From assembly GCF_002105155.1 (NCBI RefSeq), contig NW_019028980.1:1240001-1304000 (forward strand): DNA of 64,000 nucleotides, read 5' to 3'. The position numbers were made by a program, and so were the translations under genes. Shown here piece after piece: positions 11,826 to 24,232 of this stretch (the first letter of the stretch is position 1; every line of letters starts with the position of its first letter). Below the pieces are notes generated by a model. It searched no databases and was not told the DNA's origin. It worked only from the letters and a program-made list of their open reading frames with translations. Source of the stretch: Lobosporangium transversale (taxonomy: Eukaryota).

Positions 11826-14800
11826 ATGGGATCGCAGCAAAGCAAACCCCATTCAAGAAGAGACTTCAAGTGCGCAATCAAATGGGGTCGTACACGAAAA
11901 ACATTTCAGCTTCAGACAGCTCCCGCGACTTTGCAACTATCCCGAAAGAAATATTTGGATATGATATAGCTAGAGGGACCAAATATAGCTTACCCCCTCC
12001 AAACGCTTCTCTAGATGATATTCACCACCTCGTTTACTGCCTCAGAGTGCTCTCGACTGCACCAAAAGATCTCACAGACGAGGAGAAAGATTGGGTTTCG
12101 GTCATATCGGATGATAAAGATGAAAAAAAGCGACTTCGCAAAATGGCTCCGGATGTGGCTAAAATGTTTATTCGTGATAACAACAAGACCAAAGCTACTG
12201 TTGCTGAGGTCGTAATGCTGGCTCCGGTCCTCGACGATTATCATTATACGAAAGTGATCAGCACTTTGATCGACCTAATCAGTAAAGGTATTATGCTAGA
12301 GACTACTTTGCTAGAAGGGTTAGCTCAGCTGATACAGTATGCTTCTCCAGGATGCCTCAACTCTGATGATCTGGTCAATATCCTCATTCCCCTCAGTTCT
12401 CGTCTACAAGGCATTCACGAGCAGTCTAGCAGCCACATTTATCAACTGTGTGTAGCAGCCTCACATGTACTTGATGCCATGGTCAACAATCAAGTCGAGG
12501 GTCTGGAACGAAAACAGCATGAGGCACTAACAGCTTCCTTCAAGAGGCTGCGAGACAGTTCAGACCCTTATTTGGTATATCATGTAGCATATGCTTCTCA
12601 AGCTCTACTGTATATTCCAAATGATGAAACACTAATGCAAGCTATGCTTCGGCGTACATCAGCGGTTGTACAAGGTGTATTTGGATTAGTAAGTGCGGTC
12701 AAAGATATAAATCTAAGTGACTTCCTGCATGTGTACAACAATGTAGTCTCACTAGCCAAGAGCGGGGAGGCATTCAAGCAGTGTATGGAAGAAGGCTTTA
12801 GCTTCAGTCGCAAGGCCGCATGGTATCCAGCACTCCGTAGAGTTGATGCATTCCTCCAATTAGGTGAGCTCACCAATTTCAGGACTCTCGTATGTGAAGC
12901 ACCCTGTCGACGAGAACCAGCATTCCAATGGGGATTATGTCAACGCTTAGGTCAGATTGCAGCCGATACACGATGGAACATGAAAGTTCGTCAATATGCG
13001 GTCACTTTTCTTGGAGAGATGTACAAAAATGACAAGGATTGGGGCGACTATGTGGGGATCAAGCGATGTATCATTGGTATACTGAAGAGACTGACCTCAC
13101 TGTCAAAGGATGACATACAAAGTGAGTAGACAATAAGTCTCATCCTTAGTTCACCATCATTGGTTCACTTGTGAGGATCAGAGGAACTGACATTGATATA
13201 TTTATCGTGCTCTACATAAATTTCTTTGTAGCGGCAAGACTGCTTCTGTGTAACCTTGCTATGGATGGAGATACTAAAAAACAACAGCTCTACAAGGATT
13301 GTTTCCAGGAGCCAGAGCCACACCCCTTCATTTACATACCGTCGCCACTTGAATCTCCGTCATTGGTTGATCGTGTGCAGGACAGACCTGATGTCGGGGG
13401 GAGTTTGCGTATACTCAAGCAACAGCGGAAGAAGGCAAGAGGCGACAAGTTCTTCTACATTGACCAATATGCCAAGGCGAGTCCTCAAGCTAGTGATGAC
13501 AAATCGTTTCTATTGATGGACAAAGTGAACGAGTTCTTGAAGAGCGAGCAGAAAGTGCTGCTTATCCAAGGTGATTCAGGAGCAGGCAAATCGACATTCA
13601 ACCTTGCTTTGGAGCGTACTCTATGGGAATCATTTCGAGAGGGAGATGACGGGATCCCATTACTCATTAACCTGCCAGCCATCGACAACCCAGCCAACGA
13701 TATGGTCGCAAAACAGCTGCAAATACATGGTTTCACCAAGAAACAGATCAAAGAGTTGAAGAAGAATCGGGCATTCATCTTGATCTGTGATGGATATGAT
13801 GAGATTACGCTGCCCGGCAACCTTTATTTCACCAACCGCCTCAACCAGTCTGGCGAATGGAAGTGTCAGATGGTGATTAGTTGTCGCAGCGAGTACCTTG
13901 GGATAGACTATCGAGATCGGTTCCAGCCTATGGGCCGCAACCACCAAGCAGATACTGGTTTGTTCCAAGAGGCTGTGATTATACCATTCTCTGAGGATCA
14001 GATTGATGAGTACATCAAACAGTATGTCGTAAGCAAAGACATATTGTGGAGTGTAGAGGACTATCAGCGTGTGCTCAAGACGGTTCCTAGTCTACAAGCG
14101 CTTGTGAAGAACCCATTCATACTTTCAATGTCCTTGGAAGTATTGCCACGTATGGTTGATCCACGTCAAGACATTTCTAAAGCTCAGATCAAGCGCATCA
14201 CACTATATGACCAGTTCATTGAGTTGTGGTTTGAGCGTGGCAAGAAGCGACTAGGCGAGAGATCAGCGGCAAACAGTGCAGACAGGGATATGTTTCAAGC
14301 ATTATGTGATGAAGGGTTCGCACAGAATGGAGCCAGATACTTGAAAGAGCTGGCTGTTGCAATCTATAAGCATCAAGGAGGCAATCCAGTCGTAGAATAT
14401 CGCCCGTTCAAACACGGGGGCACATGGAAAGACCAATACTTTAGCAGAGAGAGTAGGAACTACCTCCTGCGAGGGGAATCACCTCTAAAACGCACAGGCA
14501 ACCAGTATCGGTTTGTCCATCGGTCTATCCTAGAGTACTCTATGGCGTTAGCGACCTTTGAGCAAAAGGAAGTGACGAATGCGACTGTAAATGATCAGGG
14601 AACAGCAGCGGAATACGGTGAGACTTCACCTCTGGTATGGAGAAGCTTTGTGGACGAGCCATCTATCCTTGAATTCCTGAAAGAGCGTGTCGAAATAGAA
14701 TCAGAGTTCAAAGAACAGCTGTATAAGTATGTTGAACTGTCGAAGAGCGACAAAAGATGGCGGATAGCGGCAGCAAATGCAATGACAATCTTAGTCCGAG

Positions 14801-17088
14801 CAGGGAAGTCGTTCACTGGGGCGAACTTGCAGGGCATCCGGATCCCAGGAGCCGACCTTAGCCATGGGATATTCGATTGTGCTCAGCTACAAGGAGCGGA
14901 TCTAAGTGGCGCCAACCTTCGTAGCTGCTGGCTTCGCGGAGCAGACCTGAGCGGGGCAAAGGTGGGAGGCGTACAGTTCGGAGAATGGGCACTTCTTCGT
15001 GAAAGGGGAGCGATAATCCAAGGGTCATATTCACCTGATGGTAGAACATTTGCTGCAGCTGTATACAGCTTTTATACCAAGGAAAGCTATGTCAGCATCT
15101 ACGATACATCGACATGGGAGAAACGTATGACTTTGGGTGCCGATGTGAGGGACAACTGCTCCTCTACCGACTTTATCTACTCTCCAGACAGGCTACACAT
15201 TGCCATATGGTACAGACATGACAGGAGTATGATTTTTGTGTTCGATATAGCAACAGGCAGAGAAATCCATAAGCTGGAGGGTCATGCAGCCGTTGTCTGT
15301 TGTGCAGCATACTCACCAGATGGCAGCCATCTCGCATCAGGTGGCGGAGATGGATCAGCGTACGTGTGGGATACTAGGTCTGGGGTGGTTCAGTACAGAT
15401 TAAAGGGACACAATGGTGAGGTGACAAGCATGGCATATTCGCCTAATGGGAAATGCGTTGTGACGGGAGGCGAAGACAAGGCGGTACGGCTATGGGATGC
15501 AGCATCAGGGAAGCCAATAGTGGTGCTCCAGGGCTGTGAATCTCGAGTTGAGCAAATTTTATGTTCGCCTAACAGTCAGAAAATCATTGTTCGTTCTTAC
15601 GATACACTGAATGTGTGGGATGCTAAATCTGGCCAGAGGATTTGGGCCTTGAAACATAACGGCCATGTCAGCGGTGTTCAATATTCGCCCGATGGGAAAT
15701 ATGTTGCTTCGTTCTCCGAGAATACAGCATTCCAGTGGAATTTGCAAACAGGAGAAGTCACTCATGCCCTTTCAGGCCATTACGATCGGATCAGAGACTT
15801 GAAATACTCACCGAATGGAGAGCAGCTAGCCACTTGTGCTTCGGACAGTACAGTGCGACTTTGGGATGCTCGATCGGGGCAGTTGATCAGCACATTTTAT
15901 GGCCACTCCCGTACATATAATGACATAAATGGTGTGGCATATTCGCCAAACAACTCTCAGGTTGCATCATTCAGTGAAGGTGAAACTATACGCCTGTGGG
16001 ACACGCAATCACGACAATCAAGCCATGATTCATATGGTCACACAAAATCAGTTCACCGAGTAAAGTTTTCGCCGGGTGGGCAGCAAATAGCCTCATGCAG
16101 CCCCCGGGATACAGTACGAGTGTGGAATACTCAAACGGGACAATGTATTCATATTTTACAATCCGATACGTTCGATGTAAAGTATTCGCCAGACGGCCAA
16201 CTGCTTGCCTTTCACAACTACAATGATGAGCGCGTTCACCTTTGGGATACTGTATCGGGCCAAGCTGTTCACACCATGGACCCGCAGAAACAGAGCCATA
16301 GCGGCTACGCCTTTGATATTTCACCAATTGACCCCCAAATTGCCTGTGGTGATTACAGCAGAAACGTGGGTGTGTGGGACATGCAAACAGGACAATGCAT
16401 ACGTACCCTGAAGGGGGAGGGCAGTACTGTGAAGCGTGTGTTATTCTCCCCCAATGGTCATCAGATTGCTTCTTATGACTCAAGTGGGAGGATCATAGTC
16501 TGGGCAGCGCGCTCAGGGAAGCTCCTGTATGTCCTGCGTGGGTTGAAAGCCGATGAACTATTTGAGGGTTTTTTAGTTTATTCACCTAATAGTCAGAGGA
16601 TAGCATTTATCCATGACTACAAAACACTCCAATTATGGAATGCAGAAACAGGCAAGCTGTGCTACAAAAGAGTCCTCGATGATTTCCAACAACACATCGC
16701 ATTTTCACCGTGCAGTCGACAGCTGCTTGTTGGAAGTAAAAATGGGTCAATTGTCATGGTAGGCACTGAGTCAGGAGCTTTGTTGCATAAGTTTACAGGG
16801 CATACCAACACTATAACCGCCATATCTTATCCTTGTGACGGTCAGTACATCGCCTCAAGCAGCTATGACGGTACTGTACGGCTGTGGGATTCAGAGTCAA
16901 GCAAGTGCTTGGCTGTCATCCCATTTGCAGATGGATATGTTCAAAGCCTTGCATGGAGTAATGCCGAAGGAGGGCACTTACTGGCGACAGGGCATGATGG
17001 GGGTTGTATTCGAATGTGGAAGATTGCTAAGGATGAGCATGACCGATGCCATCCTCGCCAGTCGCTGCACAGTTCGTCCAGCTTCTAA
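11826..17088 (+). CDS. NLR-B: ARM-like + NACHT + pentapeptide + WD40, lacking the N-terminal helical domain and conserved C-tail; intron 13122-13231. Orthologous ATG 11826 is out of frame by 1 nt; in-frame ATG 11882 gives 1698 aa
   Basis: Same phase-1 intron as the paralogs; Walker A GDSGAGKS and Walker B LICDGYDE intact. The 5' end ATGGGATCGCAGCAAAGCAAACCC aligns with the NLR-E start ATGGGATGGATGCAAAGCATGCCC. The A5 run at 11897-11901 would need to be A6 to keep that frame. Confidence 0.8.
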
Positions 17089-18651
17089 TATGATTCAAGC
17101 ATAAATAGCATTATACCCTTTTCCCATAATATAAACGACACTCAATCTACCCTTAATCCTATGCCTTCTGGCCAGGCCTTTTGCAGCTTCCAAAAAAGCA
17201 AGCCATGTAACCAAGACAGCGCAATCTATGCCATCCGGGCTCGCTGGAGTAGAAAGCGATGCTTTGGATACGAAATTGCAAAGAGGCAACTTTGGAGAGT
17301 GAAGTAGCTATTTATTTGTGGTAAATATAGCAAGAGTAACGATTATGAATTTGCGTATCTTTTCTAAGTGGGTCGTAAGACAGTATCGATAGTTGACCAG
17401 CGTCATGAGAAGAACATACATGTCGATGCAGGGAAATGTCTTACTCTCACACCGTTTTTTCATTATTTTACTTTACAATATTAAGCCACATAGACTACAT
17501 GTACTTGCTGGATTGATATCTCCTTAGTTCCTTATGCTACTCAACCACTCTAGCATCCTGCAATAAGCTCCATATATTATAGTATGGAAGCAGTATTTGA
17601 AGTGTATTTTAAGACGAGGATATAGTGTTCTAGAGCAAACGTGGGTTTGTGTTCACGTTCATGCTTATGAAAGGTAGCATATTTACTTGGCATAGAGACA
17701 GTCAAAGGACGAAGTCAATTGGTCATTTCTGAAGAACTTTCAAAATGAGGCCGTGAAGAAAAAAAAAAGGTGTAAAGCAAATTAACGGGTAACATTGGTA
17801 AAGAGAGACCTTCAGGAAAACCACTTGAGAACGCGAATGAGGTTTAGATAATGAGTAATCTAAAATAAGACAATGAAGATAGGTGAATCAAAAGAATAGG
17901 GGAATACCAAAGATGGATGTTTGAATAGAAGAGCAAGGAAAAAAAAGGGGGCTAGCTCGACATTTCCACAGATCAATCTCCGAAATAAGAGACGATGCAC
18001 AATGCTCTGACAATAGGAAGAATTGTCTTTGTCACTATAGATGATTTCCTATATGGGCGAAGTACAGCCACTGTTTCTATTTTCTATTTATATGCATGAA
18101 AACAAAAGAAAAGGCAACAACTATAATGTTTGTGGCCAACTCTCTTTCCTTGTGGCACAGATCTTGATTCCTGAATTATGATTATGGGACAACCTTTGCC
18201 TTTACTCAGTCGATACATTACTGTAATATTCAAATTGTGTGAAACAACGTAATGAAAAGTGAGAATCAGATGCGGGGGAAGACCCCTGCTTAGATATTTG
18301 TACCACTTGGATTACATACTTATCCCCTCCGAAGTATGCTGCAAGATCTTGAGCGGGAAAATTTTCCTTGAATTGAGCAAAAAAACCACACATGTCAAAG
18401 CCATATTTACTTTTTCACATCTATTTTCCCTTTTGTTTTCCTTCTCTTTTCTCTCTTACATCACACTAAACCCATCCCTTATCAGAAAGCACCATTTACA
18501 TAATTACATGCTTAGGAATATTTGTAAGTATAAAAAAACATCGATCATCCCTACAACCGTATCTATCTATAGTATTATCTAATAATGGCTCTTAATTCAT
18601 TGAAATCAGTAGAGCACAAACTATAGAAGTGGAAAAAAAAGACAATAGCTA

Positions 18652-21600
18652 ATGTTTTGTATTCCGCTGGCTTCATCTGGAGGGGTCCTCTCGCCAACAA
18701 TGGCTCTAGAGCTCTTCAACCTTTACATGGAGGACGTCCAAAGAATAGACAATGACGATGGCGCCCTCACAGAGCTGTGTCTCGATGCAGACTTCGCACT
18801 ATCTCGAATAGAACGGTCAGAGAGAAAGTATCTAGCCTCTTCACATTCTATTGAAGATAAAACGCTTTGCCAAAGTATTGGTTCGGCCCATTCTGAAGTA
18901 GCTCGCCTATTCGATCGTTTAGATCGCTCATTTGATGCTAAGAAAAGCGCCAGAAAAGCAAAAAAGTGGGGATATGTCCAAGGGAACAACATTATCCGCC
19001 AGGAGCCATCACAACCTGACAACTCCATTAAGGATAGCAGTAGCAGCATTAGCAGCACCAACGGCAACAGCAATATAAGCAACAGCATTATCAACATCAA
19101 TAACAATAGCAACAATGATAACACCGCCCTAGCATTGAAGAGGATGATTAGAGCAGCGAGAATCGGAGCAACACAGAGTATCGCAGTTGTTTCCACAGAC
19201 ATATTTGGCCAGGACGAAGCTCGGGTAGTCAAGTACAGCCTGCCCCTTCCAGATGCCTCTCTGGATGATATCTACCACCTTGCCTACTGTCTCTGCCTGC
19301 TTCGTACTGCAAACCAACCGCAAAATGAAATTACAGTTCAGGAGCAAGAATGGTCCTTAGCTACATTAAATGATCAAGATGAGCTAGATCGACTTCACAA
19401 CCTAGCTTCAGACGTGGTTACGACGTTTATTCGGGATGATATTAAGACCGAGAGTGCTGTTGCTGAGGTTGTAATGCTAGCTCCAGCTCTCGACAGTAGG
19501 CAATACAGGAAAGTGCTCACTCATGGCTTTGATTAATAGAATCAATGAGAGCGCCATGCTGGAGGCTCATTTGCTGCAAGGATTGGCTCGACTGATGCAA
19601 CATACTTCTCCTGGCTATCTTGAGTCTGATGATCTGGAAAACATCCTCAATGCTCTCAGTTCTCACTTACAAAGCATGCATGCACAAACCGGCGATCACA
19701 TCTATCGGCTATGCATGACAATCTCAAGTGTACTCGATGCTATGGTCAACAGCCAAGTCGAGGGCCTGAAGCGAGTGCAGCTCCATGAGCCATTAGCAGC
19801 CTACTTAAAGGGACTGAAAGACAGTTCAGATCCTCATCTAGTATACTATGCAGCATATGCTTACCAAGCCCTGTTGCATATTTCAAATGATGAAACACCA
19901 ATGCAAGCTATGCTTTGGCGTACACCGGCAGTGATTCGAGGGTTTCCTGGAGGGCAGAGTGCAATAAAAGAACTTGATCAAAATACCTTTATGAATGAAC
20001 TGATCAATATCCAGAAAGAGCTTCCGCCTGCGACAAACGCTTCAAACATGTGCCGCCGTTTCTTCAATAGAGTTGCTTCGCTGTGGAGGGGTGGGGAGAC
20101 ATTCAAGCAATGTGTGGAAGAAGGGCTCAGCTTTAGTCGTATGTGTGCATGGTACCCAGCACTTCGTGGAGCTGACATGTTGCTCCAGCGAGGCGCGGTC
20201 ATCAAGTTCAAGGCACTTGTGTGTGAGGTGCCCTGCCGACGAGACCCTGCATTCCAATGGGGACTATGTCAGAGGTTAGGACAGATTGCAGCCAATACAC
20301 AATGGGCTATGAAGACTCGCCAAAATGCGATCGCATTTCTTGGAGAGATGTACAAGAATGATAAGGATTGGGGTCATCATGTGGAGATCAAACGATGGAT
20401 TGTCGCCATATTGGAGAAACTGATTCTGTCGTCAAAGGATGGCCTAAGGGGTGAGTTGATATCGTATCTCATTGCTAGCTCGCCATCATCGGCACTAATA
20501 CCAGTAATGCACTGCGCTCCACATGTGTTTTCTAGTAGCTGCAGAGACACTCCTGAGGAGCCTTGCCGCAGATAGAGATGTCAGCAAGCAACAGCTCTAC
20601 AAGAAATACCCCTTTATTGCCACATCATTTCAACATGGGTCTCCATCATTACTTGAACGTGTGCAGAATAAACCTGATGCCGAGAACAGTTTGCGTATAC
20701 TCAAGCGACAGCGGATAGGGACTAGAGAAGACAGACACTTTTATATTCAGCAATATGCTAAAGCGAGCACTCATGCGAGCGATGATGAGTCGTTTTTGTT
20801 GATGGACAGGGCGAAGGAATTCCTGGGCAGCGACCAGAAAGTGTTACTTATTCAAGGCGATCCAGGGGCAGGCAAGTCGACATTCAACCGTAATCTAGAG
20901 TCCACTCTGTGGAAGTCCTACCAAAAGAACCACGGTCAGATCCCATTGTTCATCGATATATCAGCCATCGATGACCCAACAAAGGATATGGTCGCAAAAC
21001 AGCTACGGATTTATAGTTTCACTGAGGAGCAGATCAAGGAGCTGAAGAGGACTCGATCATTCATCTTGATCTGTGATGGATACGATGAGATCACACAAAC
21101 CGACAATCTCTACTCCACCAACCAGCTCAATCAGCCTGGCGAGTGGAAGTGCCAGATGGTGATCAGCTGTCGCAGTGAGTATCTTGGGGCAGATTACCGA
21201 GACCACTTCCAGCCTATGGACCGCAACCACCAAGCCTTTGCTGGATTGTTTCAAGAGGCTATGATTGTACCCTTCTCTGAGGATCAGATCGATGACTACA
21301 TCAAGCAGTATGTCACAACAGTAGCAACCGTGGGCCCGGAGTGGGGTGTAGAAGACTATCAGCGCGCACTCAAAATGATCCCTAACCTACTAGAGCTTGT
21401 GAAGAATCCATTCTTACTGTCACTGTCGCTAGAGGTACTACCACGGATAATGGGCTCATGCCAAAGTATCTCTAAAATGGCAATCAAACGCATTACATTA
21501 TATGACCAGTTTATTGAGCTATGGTTCGAACGAAGCAAAAAGCGACTAGGCGCGATTTTGAAGCCTGAAGATAGGAAGATGCTCCAAATATTATGTGAGG

Positions 21601-23590
21601 GGGAGTATACGCAAAATGGGATCAAGTATATGACAGAACTGGCTGTGGCAATCTACAAGCACCAAGATGGTAACCCAGTGGTGAGTTACTCTTCATCCAA
21701 GCACGGGGGTACATGGAAGGAGGAGTACTTTAGCAGAGAGAGCAAGAAGCGCCTTCTACGAGAAACATTGCCTCTGCGCCGTACAGGCGATCAGTATCGA
21801 TTTGTCCACCGGTCTATTTTGGAATACTGTGTTGTGCGAGCGATTTTTGAGCCACAAGAAGCGGAGAGTATGAGCGCAAGCGACAGAGAGGGATCATTGA
21901 CACTGAATTACCCCTGCCATAGTGTCAGCTCTGTGACCACCTTTGGAACTGAAGATAACAAAGTAGGTGAGCAGGAAGCAGAGTCGGCCAAGGCAGATAA
22001 GGCCTCACCTTTGGTGTGGAGAAGCTTTGTGAACGAGCCATCTATCCTTGAGTTCCTGAAGGAGCGTGTCGAAACCGAATCGAAGTTCAAGCAACAACTG
22101 CATAAATACGTTGAACTGTCGCAGAGCGATAAGAAATGGGCGATAGCAGCGGCGAACGCAATGTCTATCTTTGCCCGGACAGGAGAGCCGTCCGCCGAAG
22201 TAGGCTTGCGAGGCAGACAGACTCCAGAAGCCGACCTAAGTCGCGATGTATCTGATTGCGCTCAGCTACAAGAGGAAGATACGGAGGATAGCAGCCTTCG
22301 TTCCTGTTGGCCTCAGGAAACAAACCTTAGTGGGACAAAGATGGAAGGCGTACAGTATGGAGAACGAACTGCTCTCTGCAAAGAGGGGCAAATACACCGG
22401 GGATTATATTCTCCTGATGGCAAGGCCTTTGCTGCAGCTGTGCGTAATGATGATACCAAAGAGGACTATGTCAGCATCTACGATACATTGACATGGCAGG
22501 AGCGTGTGACTTTGGAAGTCAATGTCTTTGGAGACAGCTTTATCTTCTCTCCAGACAATCAACATATTGCTATATGGTATGACGATAGTACAGTTTCTGT
22601 AGTTGACATCACATCCGGCACAGTGGTTCATAGGCTAGAGAGCCATACAGACATTACTATCCATGCGGTATACTCGCCAAATGGTGATTATCTCGCCTCG
22701 GGCAACAGAGATGGATCAGTGCATGTGTGGAATGCCAGATCTGGCATGATCCAATACACATTAGAGGGTCACGATGGCGGAGTAACAAGCATAGCATATC
22801 CATTTGATGGGAAGCAAATCGCAACTGGAGGTGAAGACGAGACGGTACGACTATGGGATACCACAACAGGGGAGCTGGTGCTGATGCTCCAAGGCTGCGA
22901 ATCCCCAGTTATGCAAATCATATATTCGCCTAACGGTCAAGAAATTATCACTCGTTATTTCGACTGCATTTTACTAGATGTATGGGATGTCAGGTCTGGT
23001 CAGAAGAAGTGGGTCTTGGAGCATGAAGATAGTGTCAGAGGTGTTCAGTATTCTCCTGATGGGGAATACGCCGCTTCTTTTTTCAGGAATATAGTATTCC
23101 AGTGGAATATGCAAACAGGGAAAGTCATTTACGCTCTTAGAGGCTCCAGTCCCTTCAGCATCATCGCTGACTTGAAATATTCACCAAAAGGGGAACAGAT
23201 AGCTACCTGTGCTTGGGACAATACAGTGGGGCTGTGGGATGCTCGATCAGGACAACTGGTCCACACATTCTATGGCCACTCTTCTATGATATGGGGCGTG
23301 GCGTATTCGCCAAACAGTCGTCAAGTTGCATCATTCAGCAAGGATGGGACAATACGCTTGTGGGACATATGATCATCGTATTCTAGTTGTGATTCATGTG
23401 TTCAGGCACCCGAGTAAGACTTTTATCGGAAGAACAACTTTTAGCCTCATGCAGCAGCGACAATATAGTGCGTGTATGGGATAGTCGGATAGGACAGTGT
23501 ATCCAAGTCTTACAGAACCGAGAAGAGAGCATCAAATATCTACATGGCGATCAGTTAATTGAAGGGCGCTGTGCTCTTTTCACTGTTTAA
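18652..23590 (+). pseudogene. NLR-C: disrupted paralog (4-bp duplication frameshift at 19516-19523, intron 20451-20538, premature TGA at 23370-23372, WD40 array truncated)
   Basis: CTCACTCA stands where paralogs have CTCA. NACHT motifs are present (GDPGAGKS). The pentapeptide consensus is eroded. A frameshifted WD remnant (LASCSSDNIVRVWDSRIGQC) follows the stop and homology ends near 23565. Confidence 0.85.
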
Positions 23591-24232
23591 TTACCCTGCC
23601 TCCTGATTTGTCTTGTTTTACTTTGGTTCTGAATCTGATTCTTTCCCTGTTTCTCATCCCTGACATTATTGAATATCCCGGACCTTTGCACCTCTATTCT
23701 AGGGACTAAAAAAAAAAAAAAAAAAAAGTAATCGATCGGCAAGTAGTGCAAACTAATCATGAACATGTACATGAACTCTTTTGCGATAAATAAATAACTA
23801 AAAAAAGACGCCTATTCTACTCATTCAGCGACAGATGAAAAAGGCGAAATGACGCGTTTTTTCATTTTTCATTTTTTTTTTGTTTCTGGATTATGATGAG
23901 TGAGCAGAGGAGGAAGATAACCCCTTACAGAAGACGACTACAGTATTACAGACTATTGAGATCTATACTATTTTTTTTTTTTTTTATCTCTTTAATAAGG
24001 TTTTAGTCAATGAAGCAGCTGAGAGAAAGTCTGGTCTCATTCATATTATGATGACAAGGAGAGAGAGAATATGGAGATGAAGGTATTTTTTTCTTTTATT
24101 TATCTTTCTCTATAGCAGAAAACAATGGTTTAAATAAATATACGAGTAATGGGGGTTTTTTTTTTATTTTCTTTTTTAAAGAAAAAAAAAAGAGAGGGAG
24201 AAAGAGAAAAAAAAAAAAAGATTTTTTTTTTT

